A stretch of DNA of 64,000 bases from a virus (IMGVR_UViG_3300032292_001093:20936-84935); one strand, 5' to 3'; positions 1-10,381 are shown, numbered from the stretch's first letter. The notes: a model not told the origin generated them from the sequence alone. Made by a program: numbers and translations.

Positions 1-386
1 ACTACAATTTGATATGAATTTGTATAATCCACTTTAACTTGACCATCATTCATACCAGACTCTTTCTTTACAAATCTTCTTTGACAATAAACAACAGTTA
101 CGCTAGATTCTTTAGATCCTTTACTATTCTTTTTAGCTAATTGAGCAGCAGATTTAATAACAGTTTCTGTAGGTAAATTCTCTCTTACACGAATAACAAC
201 GTGACTACCTGGAACACCTTTAACATGGAACCAAATATCTTCTTTATCAGCAACATTAAATGTCAAATGATCATTAGATTTAGCATCTTTACCAACATAA
301 ACAACAAATCCTTCTATTTCTAATTTTTGAATATTAGGAAATTTGTCTTTTTTAGATTCGTTAAATAAATTAAAATTCTTTATCAT
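1..386 (-). CDS. Stand-alone NFACT-R (DUF814, RqcH/FbpA C-terminal-type) RNA-binding domain protein, runs off window start; missing from ORF track
   Basis: Manual translation: MIKNFNLFNESKKDKFPNIQKLEIEGFVVYVGKDAKSNDHLTFNVADKEDIWFHVKGVPGSHVVIR...SAAQLAKKNSK...VVYCQRRFVKK...GQV; VGK..N..LT / D.WFH....GSHV are NFACT-R motifs. Confidence 0.85.
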   Translation of the reverse strand, partial: MIKNFNLFNESKKDKFPNIQKLEIEGFVVYVGKDAKSNDHLTFNVADKEDIWFHVKGVPGSHVVIRVRENLPTETVIKSAAQLAKKNSKGSKESSVTVVYCQRRFVKKESGMNDGQVKVDYTNSYQIV

Positions 387-420
387 AGTGTATATATTAA
401 TTACAAATTCTTTAAAAAGA

Positions 421-446
421 AAAAAGACCCATAAAGGGTCTTTTTT
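421..446. terminator. Intrinsic terminator after major capsid gene
   Basis: AAAAAGACCC-ATAAA-GGGTCTTTTT hairpin with A/T tails. Confidence 0.8.
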
Positions 447-466
447 CAATATTTCCAATATTACTA

Positions 467-2182
467 TTAGTTTAATAACTGAGCAGCGTCAGTAACTGTA
501 ATAGTCATATATTGTTTTTGTGGATACCAACCAACTTCAGTTACAGCGTATCTTGAACGTAACAACATTCTTGGAGCGAATGTAGCTTCAGAGATAACTG
601 AGATAGACTGAGCCATTAAGTAAGGTACGAAAATGATACCTGGTTGGTCAGGGTTGTTCTTACGACCTAACACGATTCTGTTATCGTTATATCTCATATA
701 TGGATCTACATAGATAGAGATGTCTCCGATTGAACCTACAGGGTATAATTGACCTTGTCCGTTTAATTTAGATTTAACTGGGTTAATTGTGTAACCAGCG
801 ATATCTTGTAAAGCAGCAGCAAGACCTCCGTTTGTGATAAGGTATTGAGCAGGACCTACACGACCTTCAGTAGCAATGTAGTTAGAAGCGTGAGCAATCT
901 TAGTGATTAACTTACGTTGAACAGCGTGAGTAGTTTCACCACCAACATAAGTAGTAGCAGCATAAGCAGTGTTCAAGTCGAAGATAGTACCACCAGAGTT
1001 AGCAGAACCAGCTGGCGCAGCAGGAGCGTTAACAGCATTAAGAGCACCCATTTCGAAGATTTTAGCAACGATTTGTTTAGAAATTGTTTGAGACAATTCG
1101 TTAACAAGGATAGACTCCATTTTTTGAACGATATCCATACCTGTGTTAGCTTTGATATCTTCGATTTCAGTTCTTCTAAGAGCTGAAGATACTTCGATAG
1201 TACCAACTGCTACAGTTTTAGAAGAGATTTTTGGTCCGATAACACCAGCATAACTGTTATCATCTGACTCTCTATTCATTGGATAGTTACCTAAAGCACC
1301 ACCTGAAGCAGCAGTCCAGTTAGATGTGAATCCTGGGATATGATCTTCTAAAGCAGAGATCAATTGAACTTCTTTTGTTCCTGAATCAGGAACTAAACCA
1401 GCTAAACCTAAAATTTGAGAAAGCATACTACCTGAAGCAGCAAATGTGTTGTCAGCAGCAACAAATGTATGAGGAACAGAAATGTTACCTGATGTATTTG
1501 CTTGTCTGAATACTCTAAACATTGGGTAACCATCGATACGAGAGAAACCTAAGAATTCAACTACATTTGTTTTAGATGCTGGTAAAGTGTTACTTACGAA
1601 TGCTGATGAAGCAGTGATACCGTAGAATAATCTACCACCTTGTAATCCACCAGTTGTTTGTTGTAATGGAGCTAAAGTATAACCATTTCTATCTGTACCA
1701 GCAACGTCAGCTGCGATAACAGTATTGATAGCAGTAATGTTATTAGCATATAATTTGAAAACTTGTGGCTTTTCATAACCATCTGTTAAGTTATTAACAT
1801 CATCGTATTGGAAATCGATGTATAATAAATCGATTTTTGGACCTGGAGTTGGTTTAACAGCTACTAAGTCTAAACCGATTGTTTGAGCAGCAATTTTCAT
1901 AGCTACTGGAAGTAAGTTTTGACCTACGTCTCCAGAACCAGCAACACCACCACCGTTTGCGTAAGTAGCTAATGTATTACCTGCTAATGAACCAACAACT
2001 GGATTCAATACAGCTCCCATACCCGCTACGTTTGATGCGTTTACATACGCATTTTCATTGATTGAGTGATACTCAGCCATTTCTGACATCCATTCTACTC
2101 TATCTTCAGTTACACCCATGTTTTCCAAAACTGGAGCCCATTTCTTAACTGCTTTTGATTTGTCTATTCTAATGTGTGACAT
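467..2182 (-). CDS. gp23: Major capsid protein, T4 gp23-like
   Basis: KKWAPVLE N-terminus, AQTIGLDLVAVKP, EDIKANTGMD..MESILVNELSQTISKQI, PYLMAQ..TFAPRMLLRSRYA; directly downstream of prohead protease. Confidence 0.93.
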   Translation of the reverse strand: MSHIRIDKSKAVKKWAPVLENMGVTEDRVEWMSEMAEYHSINENAYVNASNVAGMGAVLNPVVGSLAGNTLATYANGGGVAGSGDVGQNLLPVAMKIAAQTIGLDLVAVKPTPGPKIDLLYIDFQYDDVNNLTDGYEKPQVFKLYANNITAINTVIAADVAGTDRNGYTLAPLQQTTGGLQGGRLFYGITASSAFVSNTLPASKTNVVEFLGFSRIDGYPMFRVFRQANTSGNISVPHTFVAADNTFAASGSMLSQILGLAGLVPDSGTKEVQLISALEDHIPGFTSNWTAASGGALGNYPMNRESDDNSYAGVIGPKISSKTVAVGTIEVSSALRRTEIEDIKANTGMDIVQKMESILVNELSQTISKQIVAKIFEMGALNAVNAPAAPAGSANSGGTIFDLNTAYAATTYVGGETTHAVQRKLITKIAHASNYIATEGRVGPAQYLITNGGLAAALQDIAGYTINPVKSKLNGQGQLYPVGSIGDISIYVDPYMRYNDNRIVLGRKNNPDQPGIIFVPYLMAQSISVISEATFAPRMLLRSRYAVTEVGWYPQKQYMTITVTDAAQLLN

Positions 2183-2263
2183 AATTTTTTTAATTTTTTT
2201 TTGTGTTTATCTATATATTACCCTTCAAAATTTCAATAATTTCAAGTGTGGATTTTTTATAGA

Positions 2264-4387
2264 TTAAATGTTTTTGAATCTTTCCATAATCGCAGTAACG
2301 TCATTATCAGAAAGTTTATCTTCTTGTATTAAACTTTCATGAGCTACTAACTTTTTAGTTACAGACTCGTTTGTTTTAAGCTTTCTAGTTAACCAGAAAT
2401 GCTCAACTTGTGATTCAGTCATTAAAACTTCAGCTGGGTAAAGTCTAGCTTGTGATAAGATAGATTTTTTAGCAGATTCATTCATTTGACTCCAGATAGC
2501 CTTAGTGTTTTCAGGCATTAATCTGATTACTCTTTCTTCAAGAGATTCATTCTTTGATGATAGCGCTTCTGCGATTAGGCTTAACACATCTTTAGATGTG
2601 AAGTAATTTCTTTCGTTTATGTGAAATTTAACAGCCTCTTGGTCTTCATCAGACAAAGCGTAGTAACTATCTACTTGTGACTTGTTTAAGAATTTTAAGA
2701 AATTCAAGTCAGTTGATTCAGAAACTTTACGTTTTTTAGCTTCTTCTATTAATTTGTTGATTGACTCAGATAATTCAGAATCACTGTTACCAGTTACTTT
2801 GTAATCATGAGCTTCTTCATCATTATTTTCTTCTTCAGTAGCAGATGGACCACAGTCTTCATCTTCTTCTTCTTTATTATATGCTTCTTCTTCATGAGCT
2901 GAAGCAATACCATTGTATGCTTCTTCTTCATTTTCTTCTTCTTCATTCTCATCTTCTTGAGTATTTTCAAAACCTGCCGCTTGTAATGATGGGAAAGCTT
3001 CTTCTTCTTCACTCATTGATTCATTTAATTTTCTTGAATTTAATTTTTCAACGATTAAACCTTGGTAGTTAATTGATTTATCAAGATTTTCAGCAATGTA
3101 TTCAGAGTAAGCAATATTGTCATCTAAATGTTCAGCAATGTATTCAGAGTAAGCGATGTTACCTTCAACGTGTTCAGCTAAGTATTCAGAATAAGCAATT
3201 GAATTATCAACGTGCTCAGCAATATATTCTGCGTAAGAAATATTTTTGTCTAAGTTTTCAGCGATATATTCTGAATAAGCAATATTCTTATCAAGATTTT
3301 CAGCTAAGTACTCAGAGTACTCAATATTTTTGTCTAAGTTTTCAGCTAAGTATTCAGAATAAGAAATGTTCTTATCAAGATTTTCAGCGATATATTCTGA
3401 ATAAGAAATGTTCTTATCAAGATTTTCAGCTAAGTATTCAGAATACTCAATATTTTTGTCTAAGTTTTCAGCTAAGTATTCAGAGTAGTTAACAGCTTTT
3501 TCTAAATTTTCAGCTAAATAGTCATTATGTTTAATAAGTTTGTCAGTAGTTTCCTTTAAAGACTTGTTTTCATTAACCATAATTTGAACTTTTTCAGCCA
3601 AATAATCTAAATATTTAACAACTTGAGAATTAGTAGAATTTAACTCTTCATAGTACTCTAAAAGTTGCTCCATTTTCTTTGGAGATAAATTACCTTTAGT
3701 AAGAGCACCTTTAACTTCTTTCTTTGTAGAAGCTAGTTCTTTAACTAAATACTGAGAATATTCAGTTAATTGTTGCTTTGTAACAAATTCATTTTTGTTC
3801 ATATCAAATAGTTGATTTATTTTGGACTCATCGGACATTTCATATATCCTAAAGTTAGAGTTTTCATTATATCCTAATGATTCGTTGATATTCTTAACCG
3901 ACATTTTAGCAGAAGCAAAACCTGGATCAGCAACGATATCATATGTAAATAATTTTTTCAATGAAACAGTACCATCTGATTCAGTGATACCAGCGGCTCT
4001 TGAAGAAACGAAAACAGGACATCCGTCATCAACTAATGCCTTTGCTTCTTTACCCCAATAAGTGTTTAGTAATCTAATTTCACCATTAACTAAATTTGAT
4101 TCTTTTACATAATTAGCTTTTGTGATAATGTGTGATGCTCTAGAAAGAGATGTGTCAAAAACATCTGGGTGATCAAACTCACCGTAAACAACGCCTAAAC
4201 TGCTCATTCTTTCATTTAATTCATCTAAAGCTGGAAGAAATTTATCAGCAGTGTAAATTCTCTCATTACGGTTTTTAACACCGAACTCTGTGAACGTACC
4301 ACCTAAAATATAATCCTTCTTAGTAGAACCATTATTCTCTCTAATAAGAGAGTTTTGTGAATTTTCTATAATTAATACTGGTTTCAT
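2264..4387 (-). CDS. gp21: Prohead protease (gp21-like) fused to scaffold/core (gp22-like) region
   Basis: KNRNERIY, GEFDHP, SHII, VSSRAAG, YDIVADPGF in the first ~165 aa, followed by coiled-coil repeats and an acidic tract. Confidence 0.9.
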   Translation of the reverse strand: MKPVLIIENSQNSLIRENNGSTKKDYILGGTFTEFGVKNRNERIYTADKFLPALDELNERMSSLGVVYGEFDHPDVFDTSLSRASHIITKANYVKESNLVNGEIRLLNTYWGKEAKALVDDGCPVFVSSRAAGITESDGTVSLKKLFTYDIVADPGFASAKMSVKNINESLGYNENSNFRIYEMSDESKINQLFDMNKNEFVTKQQLTEYSQYLVKELASTKKEVKGALTKGNLSPKKMEQLLEYYEELNSTNSQVVKYLDYLAEKVQIMVNENKSLKETTDKLIKHNDYLAENLEKAVNYSEYLAENLDKNIEYSEYLAENLDKNISYSEYIAENLDKNISYSEYLAENLDKNIEYSEYLAENLDKNIAYSEYIAENLDKNISYAEYIAEHVDNSIAYSEYLAEHVEGNIAYSEYIAEHLDDNIAYSEYIAENLDKSINYQGLIVEKLNSRKLNESMSEEEEAFPSLQAAGFENTQEDENEEEENEEEAYNGIASAHEEEAYNKEEEDEDCGPSATEEENNDEEAHDYKVTGNSDSELSESINKLIEEAKKRKVSESTDLNFLKFLNKSQVDSYYALSDEDQEAVKFHINERNYFTSKDVLSLIAEALSSKNESLEERVIRLMPENTKAIWSQMNESAKKSILSQARLYPAEVLMTESQVEHFWLTRKLKTNESVTKKLVAHESLIQEDKLSDNDVTAIMERFKNI
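3070..3530 (-). repeat. Coding 42-bp tandem repeat, ~11 x 14 aa (YSEY[LI]AENLDKNI[ESA])
   Basis: Visible in DNA and protein; in frame within the protease-scaffold gene. Confidence 0.95.
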
Positions 4388-4558
4388 TTAAGTTTATTAT
4401 TTTTTAAAATATAGAGTATATATAATCAGTAAGAAACCGTCTTTTTTTCAACGTGGATTTTTTATAGTAGTGATAGGTTTCAGGCTGGGTTTAACATGTA
4501 TAAAACCATGGAGGAGAGAAGTGATTTTTAATAAATAAAAGAAATTGAGCGGTTTTTT

Positions 4559-4954
4559 ATGATCCTTACAAGAGAGATAGAGATAAAAATTAATGAGTCG
4601 AATTATCAGTACTATGATGATTTAGGATATGATGTAGCAATTGGAGAGATTATTAAAATACCAATTGAATTAATGTCAAAAGGATCACATTATAAAATAA
4701 AATGTAAGTGTGACGGTTGTGGAATTGAAAAAGAAGTAATATTTAAGAACTATATTAAATATGATAACAATTTTGGAGAATATTATTGTAGAAAATGTTC
4801 TGAGTCTAAAAGAAAAGAAACTCTAAGAAAAAACTTTGGAGTTGACTACCCAATACAGAATAAAAAAGTTCTTAGTAAAATGAAAAATACGCTTATAGAG
4901 AAGTATGGTGTAGATAATATATCAAAAAGAGATAAACAAAATGAGGTTTCTTAA
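4559..4954 (+). CDS. Zn-ribbon protein resembling the N-terminal DNA-binding part of phage homing endonucleases, no catalytic domain
   Basis: CKCDGCG...CRKC and two K(N/Y)(F/Y)GVD(Y/N) repeats; no HNH/GIY-YIG/PD-(D/E)xK motif. Confidence 0.55.
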   Translation: MILTREIEIKINESNYQYYDDLGYDVAIGEIIKIPIELMSKGSHYKIKCKCDGCGIEKEVIFKNYIKYDNNFGEYYCRKCSESKRKETLRKNFGVDYPIQNKKVLSKMKNTLIEKYGVDNISKRDKQNEVS

Positions 4955-4961
4955 ATAGAAT
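4933..4961 (+). promoter_or_regulatory. Putative middle-class promoter TAAAC-N18-TAGAAT upstream of rnr
   Basis: Same motif and spacing recurs before several non-structural genes. Confidence 0.6.
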
Positions 4962-4967
4962 ACCTAT

Positions 4968-6848
4968 ATGATAGAATTAAAAGAAGGGGATGTTTACGAA
5001 GGACAGATTGAATTCTCAACAAGTGGTAACGCATCCTTATTAGTAGAAGATAAAGAAATCTTCATTTACAAGAAACACACAGCTAACTCTTTACACTTAG
5101 ATAAAGTAAAAGTTCAAATATTTCAAGCTGAAAGAAAATTAGAAGGAAAAGTCATTGAAGTTATTTCAAGATTTAAAACAGAATATGTTGGTCGAGTACA
5201 AATAGGAAAGAAAACTACATTTGTTGTTCCAGATAGCAATAAAATTCCAGTAGACTTTTATATTAAAGGCGGATTAAAAGCCGAACACGACCAAAAAGTT
5301 GTAGTCGAATTAATAAAGTGGGAGGATACTAAATCACCACAAGGAAAAATAACAAGAGTTTTAGGAAATTCCGGAGATAACAACGCGGAAATGAACTCAA
5401 TTATGATTGAATATGGACTACCTGTTGAATTTCCACAAGATGTCATCAATGAATCTTTCTTAGTACCTGAAGTTATTACAGAAAAAGAAATTAAATCTCG
5501 CAAAGATATGAGAGATGTTACTACTTTAACAATTGATCCAGTTGATGCTAAAGATTTTGACGATGCCCTTTCAGTTAATATAATAAGTGATAATAAAATT
5601 GAAGTAGGAGTTCACATTGCCGACGTAGGGCACTATGTTAAACCAGGAACTAAATTAGACGATGAGGCTTTCAAAAGAGCTACATCAGTATATTTAGTTG
5701 ATAGATGTGTTCCAATGTTACCAGAACGTTTAAGTAATGGTATATGTTCATTGAAACCACACGAAGATAGATTGGCATTCTCAGTTATCTTTACTTTAGA
5801 TAATGAAGGTAACATATTAAACACTTGGCAAGGCAAAACAGTTATTCACTCTGATAGAAGATATGCTTATGAAGAAGCTCAAGAAATCATTGAAGGAAAT
5901 GACGGTGATTATTCAACTGAGATTAGATTACTTGATACTTTAGCTAGAAAAATTAGAAAGAAAAGAATTAAAGAAGGTTCTATTGAAATGGGTGGTATTG
6001 AAGTAAGATTCAAATTAGCCGAAGATAATAAGAAACCAATTGGTGTTTATTTCAAAGAACAAAAAGAAGCTAACAAGTTAATTGAAGAATTTATGTTATT
6101 GGCTAACAAGTCAGTTGCTAAGACTTTATCAGAGGCTAGTTGGGCAAATGTATATAGAGTTCACGATACTCCAAATATGGAAAAGTTAAATGCTTTAGTT
6201 GGCGTTTGTAAAACGTTTGGATACGATATAGAAATATATGATGATTCAACTGAAATCAAAAAGACTCTAAATGGATTATTAAAAGAAATTAAAGAAACTC
6301 CTGAAGAAAATATGATTGAAACTTTAGTTACTCGATGTATGTCTAAGGCAACTTATACAATTAAGAACATTGGTCACTATGGTTTAGGATTTACTCACTA
6401 TTCTCACTTTACTTCTCCAATCAGAAGATATCCTGATTTAATCACACATAGAATTTTATTAGATTTTTTAGATAAGAAAAGTCAAGGCAATCCTGGTAAG
6501 ATTGAAGAACAAGCTAAATGGTGTTCTGCTAGAGAGTTAGTTGCTGCTAAGGCTCAAAGAGATTCAATTAAGTACAAACAAGCTGAATATCTTTTAGATA
6601 AGATTGGAAAAGTATTTGATGGTATCGTTTCAGGTATAACTGATTGGGGTATGTATGTTGAACTAATAGAAAGTAAATGCGAAGGAATGGTTAGATATCA
6701 ATCTCTTGAAGGTAAATGGTCAGCTGATACAACTAATTACACTGTAACAAGTGAAAGTGGTGATAAAATAAGACTAGGTGATCCTCTTAAAGTTGTGGTT
6801 AAATCAGTAGACTTAGAAAGAAAACAGATAGATTTTACAATATTGTAA
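4968..6848 (+). CDS. rnr: Ribonuclease R (RNB family)
   Basis: CSD N-terminus, TIDPVDAKDFDDALS catalytic motif, HIADV, LIEEFMLLAN, HFTSPIRRYPDL, C-terminal S1 domain. Confidence 0.95.
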   Translation: MIELKEGDVYEGQIEFSTSGNASLLVEDKEIFIYKKHTANSLHLDKVKVQIFQAERKLEGKVIEVISRFKTEYVGRVQIGKKTTFVVPDSNKIPVDFYIKGGLKAEHDQKVVVELIKWEDTKSPQGKITRVLGNSGDNNAEMNSIMIEYGLPVEFPQDVINESFLVPEVITEKEIKSRKDMRDVTTLTIDPVDAKDFDDALSVNIISDNKIEVGVHIADVGHYVKPGTKLDDEAFKRATSVYLVDRCVPMLPERLSNGICSLKPHEDRLAFSVIFTLDNEGNILNTWQGKTVIHSDRRYAYEEAQEIIEGNDGDYSTEIRLLDTLARKIRKKRIKEGSIEMGGIEVRFKLAEDNKKPIGVYFKEQKEANKLIEEFMLLANKSVAKTLSEASWANVYRVHDTPNMEKLNALVGVCKTFGYDIEIYDDSTEIKKTLNGLLKEIKETPEENMIETLVTRCMSKATYTIKNIGHYGLGFTHYSHFTSPIRRYPDLITHRILLDFLDKKSQGNPGKIEEQAKWCSARELVAAKAQRDSIKYKQAEYLLDKIGKVFDGIVSGITDWGMYVELIESKCEGMVRYQSLEGKWSADTTNYTVTSESGDKIRLGDPLKVVVKSVDLERKQIDFTIL

Positions 6849-7298
6849 ATGGAAGGGTGGAGTGTAACAAAGTCTTTTAATATTGAACTAGATAATAATA
6901 CTTTAGAACAATACGAGAAATTATTATCTAATTTTAATAATTGGTCCCAATATAAAAGAGAGATTAAATTAAACTCTGTTTTAGAAGATAAAAAGATTGA
7001 GTTTACTTTAGATATATCTGGTCACGCTCACGGTGTTATGTATGTAAATGTTGTAGTAGATGATGCTTATGATTACGATGTTCTTAAAAAAGCATCATCA
7101 GTAATAAAGTTTATGAAATTCATACTCAAAGGTAACAATGTTTTAGAATTGGAAGTAACAATTAAAACAATGACCACTGAATGGGGAAAAATTATTAGAG
7201 ACTTAATTGAATCAGAAGTTGAACTAGAACTCAAACAAAACATAGTAGATAATCAAGTTAAATCCTTCTACTTTATTTATCCGAAAATGACAGCATAA
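6849..7298 (+). CDS. Hypothetical protein
   Basis: 149-aa ORF abutting rnr, ends at a terminator. Confidence 0.7.
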   Translation: MEGWSVTKSFNIELDNNTLEQYEKLLSNFNNWSQYKREIKLNSVLEDKKIEFTLDISGHAHGVMYVNVVVDDAYDYDVLKKASSVIKFMKFILKGNNVLELEVTIKTMTTEWGKIIRDLIESEVELELKQNIVDNQVKSFYFIYPKMTA

Positions 7299-7334
7299 AA
7301 AAACCTCTCAAATTTTGAGAGGTTTTCTTTTTTT
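7298..7334. terminator. Bidirectional intrinsic terminator
   Basis: AAAACCTCTCAA-AT-TTTGAGAGGTTTT between convergent genes. Confidence 0.8.
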
Positions 7335-7343
7335 ATATAAGTT

Positions 7344-9059
7344 TTAGAATTCAAATTCACCACCACCTTCAGCAGGAGGAGTTTCAGGAGCGGCTTGTGC
7401 CTCAGGAGCGGCTTGTGCCTCAGGAGCGGCTTCACCACCTTCAGCAGGAGCCTCACCACCTTCAGCTGGAGCACCTTCAGCAGGAGCACCACCTTCAGCA
7501 CCAGCGGCCGCCGCACCACCACCAGCAACACCGAGAGCATCTTTAGCCCAGTATTTTTGATTTTCAGCTTTTTCCTCTGGAGTCAATTTAAATACATTAT
7601 CAATTAAATACTCAACGTGGAAGTAAGGTTTTTCACCGTTCATAATTCCGACTAAAGTACCAAATATCTCAGCTTTCTTAGCCAAGTTATTTAATTTCTT
7701 CCATTCTTCAAATACTTGATTTGAGTTAAAGTTAATATCAATTTGATTCATAAGAATCTCATCTTCTTTCAACTCAGGAAACTCAATTAACATTTGTAGT
7801 TTCAAAGGCTTAACAATAAGTTCTTTGAAGTTAGCTCTTAATCTATTAATAAAGTTATAGAATTTAATCTCATCTCTCGTCATATCAGCCGAGTCATTAA
7901 TTAAGTTACCACCACCATTTTCTTTATCAAAACGTTGGAAAGGAATCTTAGAAGCTCTTTTTAAGGCATTATAGAACCAAGTCAACATATCTGACTCATT
8001 TAAGTTATGTCCTTCAGGTGAAACTAATTCCATAGCTGGTGTACCAGCATCTCCTTCAGGAAACCAAATTTGTTTGTTATAAGGTAAGTGTTTAGCACCA
8101 TTAATAGTTAATGTACCCAATGAATCATCCCATTCAACTTCCTCTGAATAATCATTGATTAATTGACCAATTTGTTCTTCAGCTCTTTGTCTCGATAAAC
8201 CTTTAATAGGAATAGTAAACTTTTGATAAACTGTAGCATTGATAATGTTAAACATTACTCTTGTTTGCTCAAGAATCTTTAATTGGTTATAAGGTTTAAT
8301 TAAACCTTCTACATAAGATGTTTCTGAATAATCATTTTGAGATGAATAAGAAATATAAACTAACTGAGAGTCTAAGAAGATTCTTCTCAATTGAGGATCT
8401 TCAGGAAACTGAATCCATAAATGACCAATGGATGGTTCAAATGCTGGAACTAAAGTATCTGGTCTTAATCTGTTAAAACCAATAATATTCTTTTTCTTAT
8501 CATCATAGATAATTTCTAATGCTAAATAACCATCAATTAAAAAGTCTTTCATCATATTCCAGGCAGTAATACTATCTGAGAATCCAAACTTATTATAAAT
8601 CTTTTCAAAATATTCTTGATACTTATCTTTAATCTCTTGTGAATAATCATTTGATAAAGGCTTAGGAGAACAGAAATCTCTTTCATCATTATAAACAATA
8701 CTTTCATCAGCTAATGAACTAATAAAGTCTCTAATTTCATCTTTAATTGAATATTCTCTTAAAATTCTTCTTTTATCACCATAAGCTTTATCTAAGTAAG
8801 GAATTGATTTTCTATTTAAGACAGAAGCTACGGCTCTTTGAGAGAAGAAGTCATACATTGAGTTACCTCTAGCCGCATATGGGTCTTCGTTAATACCAAT
8901 ACCCACTTGATTTCTAACAATCATATCATCATAGTTCATACCATATGATGATAAACCTCTTAAAATTCTATTAAAAAGTCCTTTATTCTCAACAGCACTG
9001 TTGGTGTAGGCGAAATTTGTTTGACCTGAACCTGCGGTAAATTGATTATATGATGCCAT
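7344..9059 (-). CDS. gp20: Portal protein, T4 gp20-like
   Basis: FLIDGYL, SYVEGLIKPYNQLKILE, QIWFPEG, ALKRASKIPFQRF, TRDEIKFYNFINRLRANF, LKLQMLI; Ala/Glu/Pro-rich tail. Confidence 0.92.
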   Translation of the reverse strand: MASYNQFTAGSGQTNFAYTNSAVENKGLFNRILRGLSSYGMNYDDMIVRNQVGIGINEDPYAARGNSMYDFFSQRAVASVLNRKSIPYLDKAYGDKRRILREYSIKDEIRDFISSLADESIVYNDERDFCSPKPLSNDYSQEIKDKYQEYFEKIYNKFGFSDSITAWNMMKDFLIDGYLALEIIYDDKKKNIIGFNRLRPDTLVPAFEPSIGHLWIQFPEDPQLRRIFLDSQLVYISYSSQNDYSETSYVEGLIKPYNQLKILEQTRVMFNIINATVYQKFTIPIKGLSRQRAEEQIGQLINDYSEEVEWDDSLGTLTINGAKHLPYNKQIWFPEGDAGTPAMELVSPEGHNLNESDMLTWFYNALKRASKIPFQRFDKENGGGNLINDSADMTRDEIKFYNFINRLRANFKELIVKPLKLQMLIEFPELKEDEILMNQIDINFNSNQVFEEWKKLNNLAKKAEIFGTLVGIMNGEKPYFHVEYLIDNVFKLTPEEKAENQKYWAKDALGVAGGGAAAAGAEGGAPAEGAPAEGGEAPAEGGEAAPEAQAAPEAQAAPETPPAEGGGEFEF

Positions 9060-9115
9060 TTATTAATAAGTATTTCGTTTATATATTAAAAATCTAAAGT
9101 CCCTCCAAAAAGAGT

Positions 9116-9142
9116 AAAACCTACTGGTGTCAGTAGGTTTTT
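9116..9142. terminator. Intrinsic terminator
   Basis: AAAACCTACTG-GTGT-CAGTAGGTTTT. Confidence 0.8.
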
Positions 9143-9148
9143 TATAGA

Positions 9149-9625
9149 TTATAAATAATAAGTTCTTTGTATTAATTTAAGATCTCCAGAATTTAAGTTA
9201 TACTCTTTTAAGTATCCAACAAAATCTGGTTGAAAAAGACAAAGTTGTTCAATAAGTTGATTAAATTTAATTGTAGATTTTCTATTCATAAATTTATTAC
9301 CTTCTTGCCAACTAATTTCACCTTCAGGTGTAGCCTTAGACATTACACTATGAGTATAACCACCATTAGATTCAAACATAACTTGAAGAGTCCAAGCCGT
9401 TCCTGATTTAAATATTCTAGCGGTATGAAATTTTGCCATTGGAAATTCTTTAACATTACCAACTAAAATATCAAACTCCATATTTTTAATAAGCATCATA
9501 GCCATATTTTTAGCATGTGATTTAACTTCTTCTGCTTTCTTAACTTGACCATATCCAGCCATTTTATCAGAAGCACTCATATATGTAGAATAATCAAGTT
9601 CTTCAAATTTTCTTAAATGTCTCAT
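9149..9625 (-). CDS. Hypothetical protein with CTS-like leader (MRHLRKFEEL)
   Basis: ORF, shared N-terminal motif, AATATATA upstream. Confidence 0.7.
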   Translation of the reverse strand: MRHLRKFEELDYSTYMSASDKMAGYGQVKKAEEVKSHAKNMAMMLIKNMEFDILVGNVKEFPMAKFHTARIFKSGTAWTLQVMFESNGGYTHSVMSKATPEGEISWQEGNKFMNRKSTIKFNQLIEQLCLFQPDFVGYLKEYNLNSGDLKLIQRTYYL

Positions 9626-9657
9626 TTAAAATTGTAATTTTTATAGAGTATATATTA

Positions 9658-10353
9658 TTATCTATTACCATATTTTCGCAAATTGGTCTGAATTCTTTTA
9701 ATATGGTCTTTTAACAAAACATACTTTTCATTAATTTCACCTTTAGTGTCAAAAAAATCATCAATTGTTGACTTCATTATCTCTTGATTTCTTTTATCTT
9801 TATCCTTTAACTTAGCTTGCCATATACTAAATAATTTACCTGGATCGTATTTATTTTTAGGATGACCAGCAATTAAAAATCTCGGAACAGAGTTCATCTC
9901 TATTCTATGTACCATTTTAATTTGTAAAGCGTTATATTCAACTAAAGCATATTCAAATCCATATTTAATCAACTCAGCGTACATACCTTCATAATTAACT
10001 TTCAAAGGCTTATCTTTTTCAAAATCTTCTTCAATCATAAAATTATCAAATAGATAAGCTCTAACCTCTAGTGGTATAAAATTAAAATTAACTCCAAATA
10101 TTATTATTTGATTTGATATTTTCTTAAAATTAGTAATAAATACAGGTGACCATTTCATCCAATTAGAATCATCCAAATAGTGAAAATGATAAAAATTACC
10201 TGGTAATATATCACTAACACCAACAGCCTTGACATCTTTATCAGACTTTTCATATTTATTATAGAAGTATAATGAATTGTTTTTGAAGTTATCAGCTAAG
10301 CCATCACCATCTACTAACATTCTTAATCCTATTCTATCTACTAATTCTCCCAT
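9658..10353 (-). CDS. DNA end protector-like protein (T4 gp2-like)
   Basis: PGNFYHFHY..W.P.F...GVNFNFIPLEVRAYLFD resembles the gp2 core; divergent from gp4-like gene; start revised to ATG 10353 downstream of TATATA box. Confidence 0.55.
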   Translation of the reverse strand: MGELVDRIGLRMLVDGDGLADNFKNNSLYFYNKYEKSDKDVKAVGVSDILPGNFYHFHYLDDSNWMKWSPVFITNFKKISNQIIIFGVNFNFIPLEVRAYLFDNFMIEEDFEKDKPLKVNYEGMYAELIKYGFEYALVEYNALQIKMVHRIEMNSVPRFLIAGHPKNKYDPGKLFSIWQAKLKDKDKRNQEIMKSTIDDFFDTKGEINEKYVLLKDHIKRIQTNLRKYGNR

Positions 10354-10367
10354 GGAAATCTGTTTTC

Positions 10368-10381
10368 TTTTATATATAAAA
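10368..10381. promoter_or_regulatory. Palindromic late-promoter box TTTTATATATAAAA between divergent gp2-like and gp4-like genes
   Basis: 14-bp perfect palindrome in a 44-bp intergenic gap. Confidence 0.6.

Noticed and set aside
3070-3530. 42-bp tandem repeats as a CRISPR array
   Set aside because: No unique spacers; variation is codon-like within the protease-scaffold reading frame
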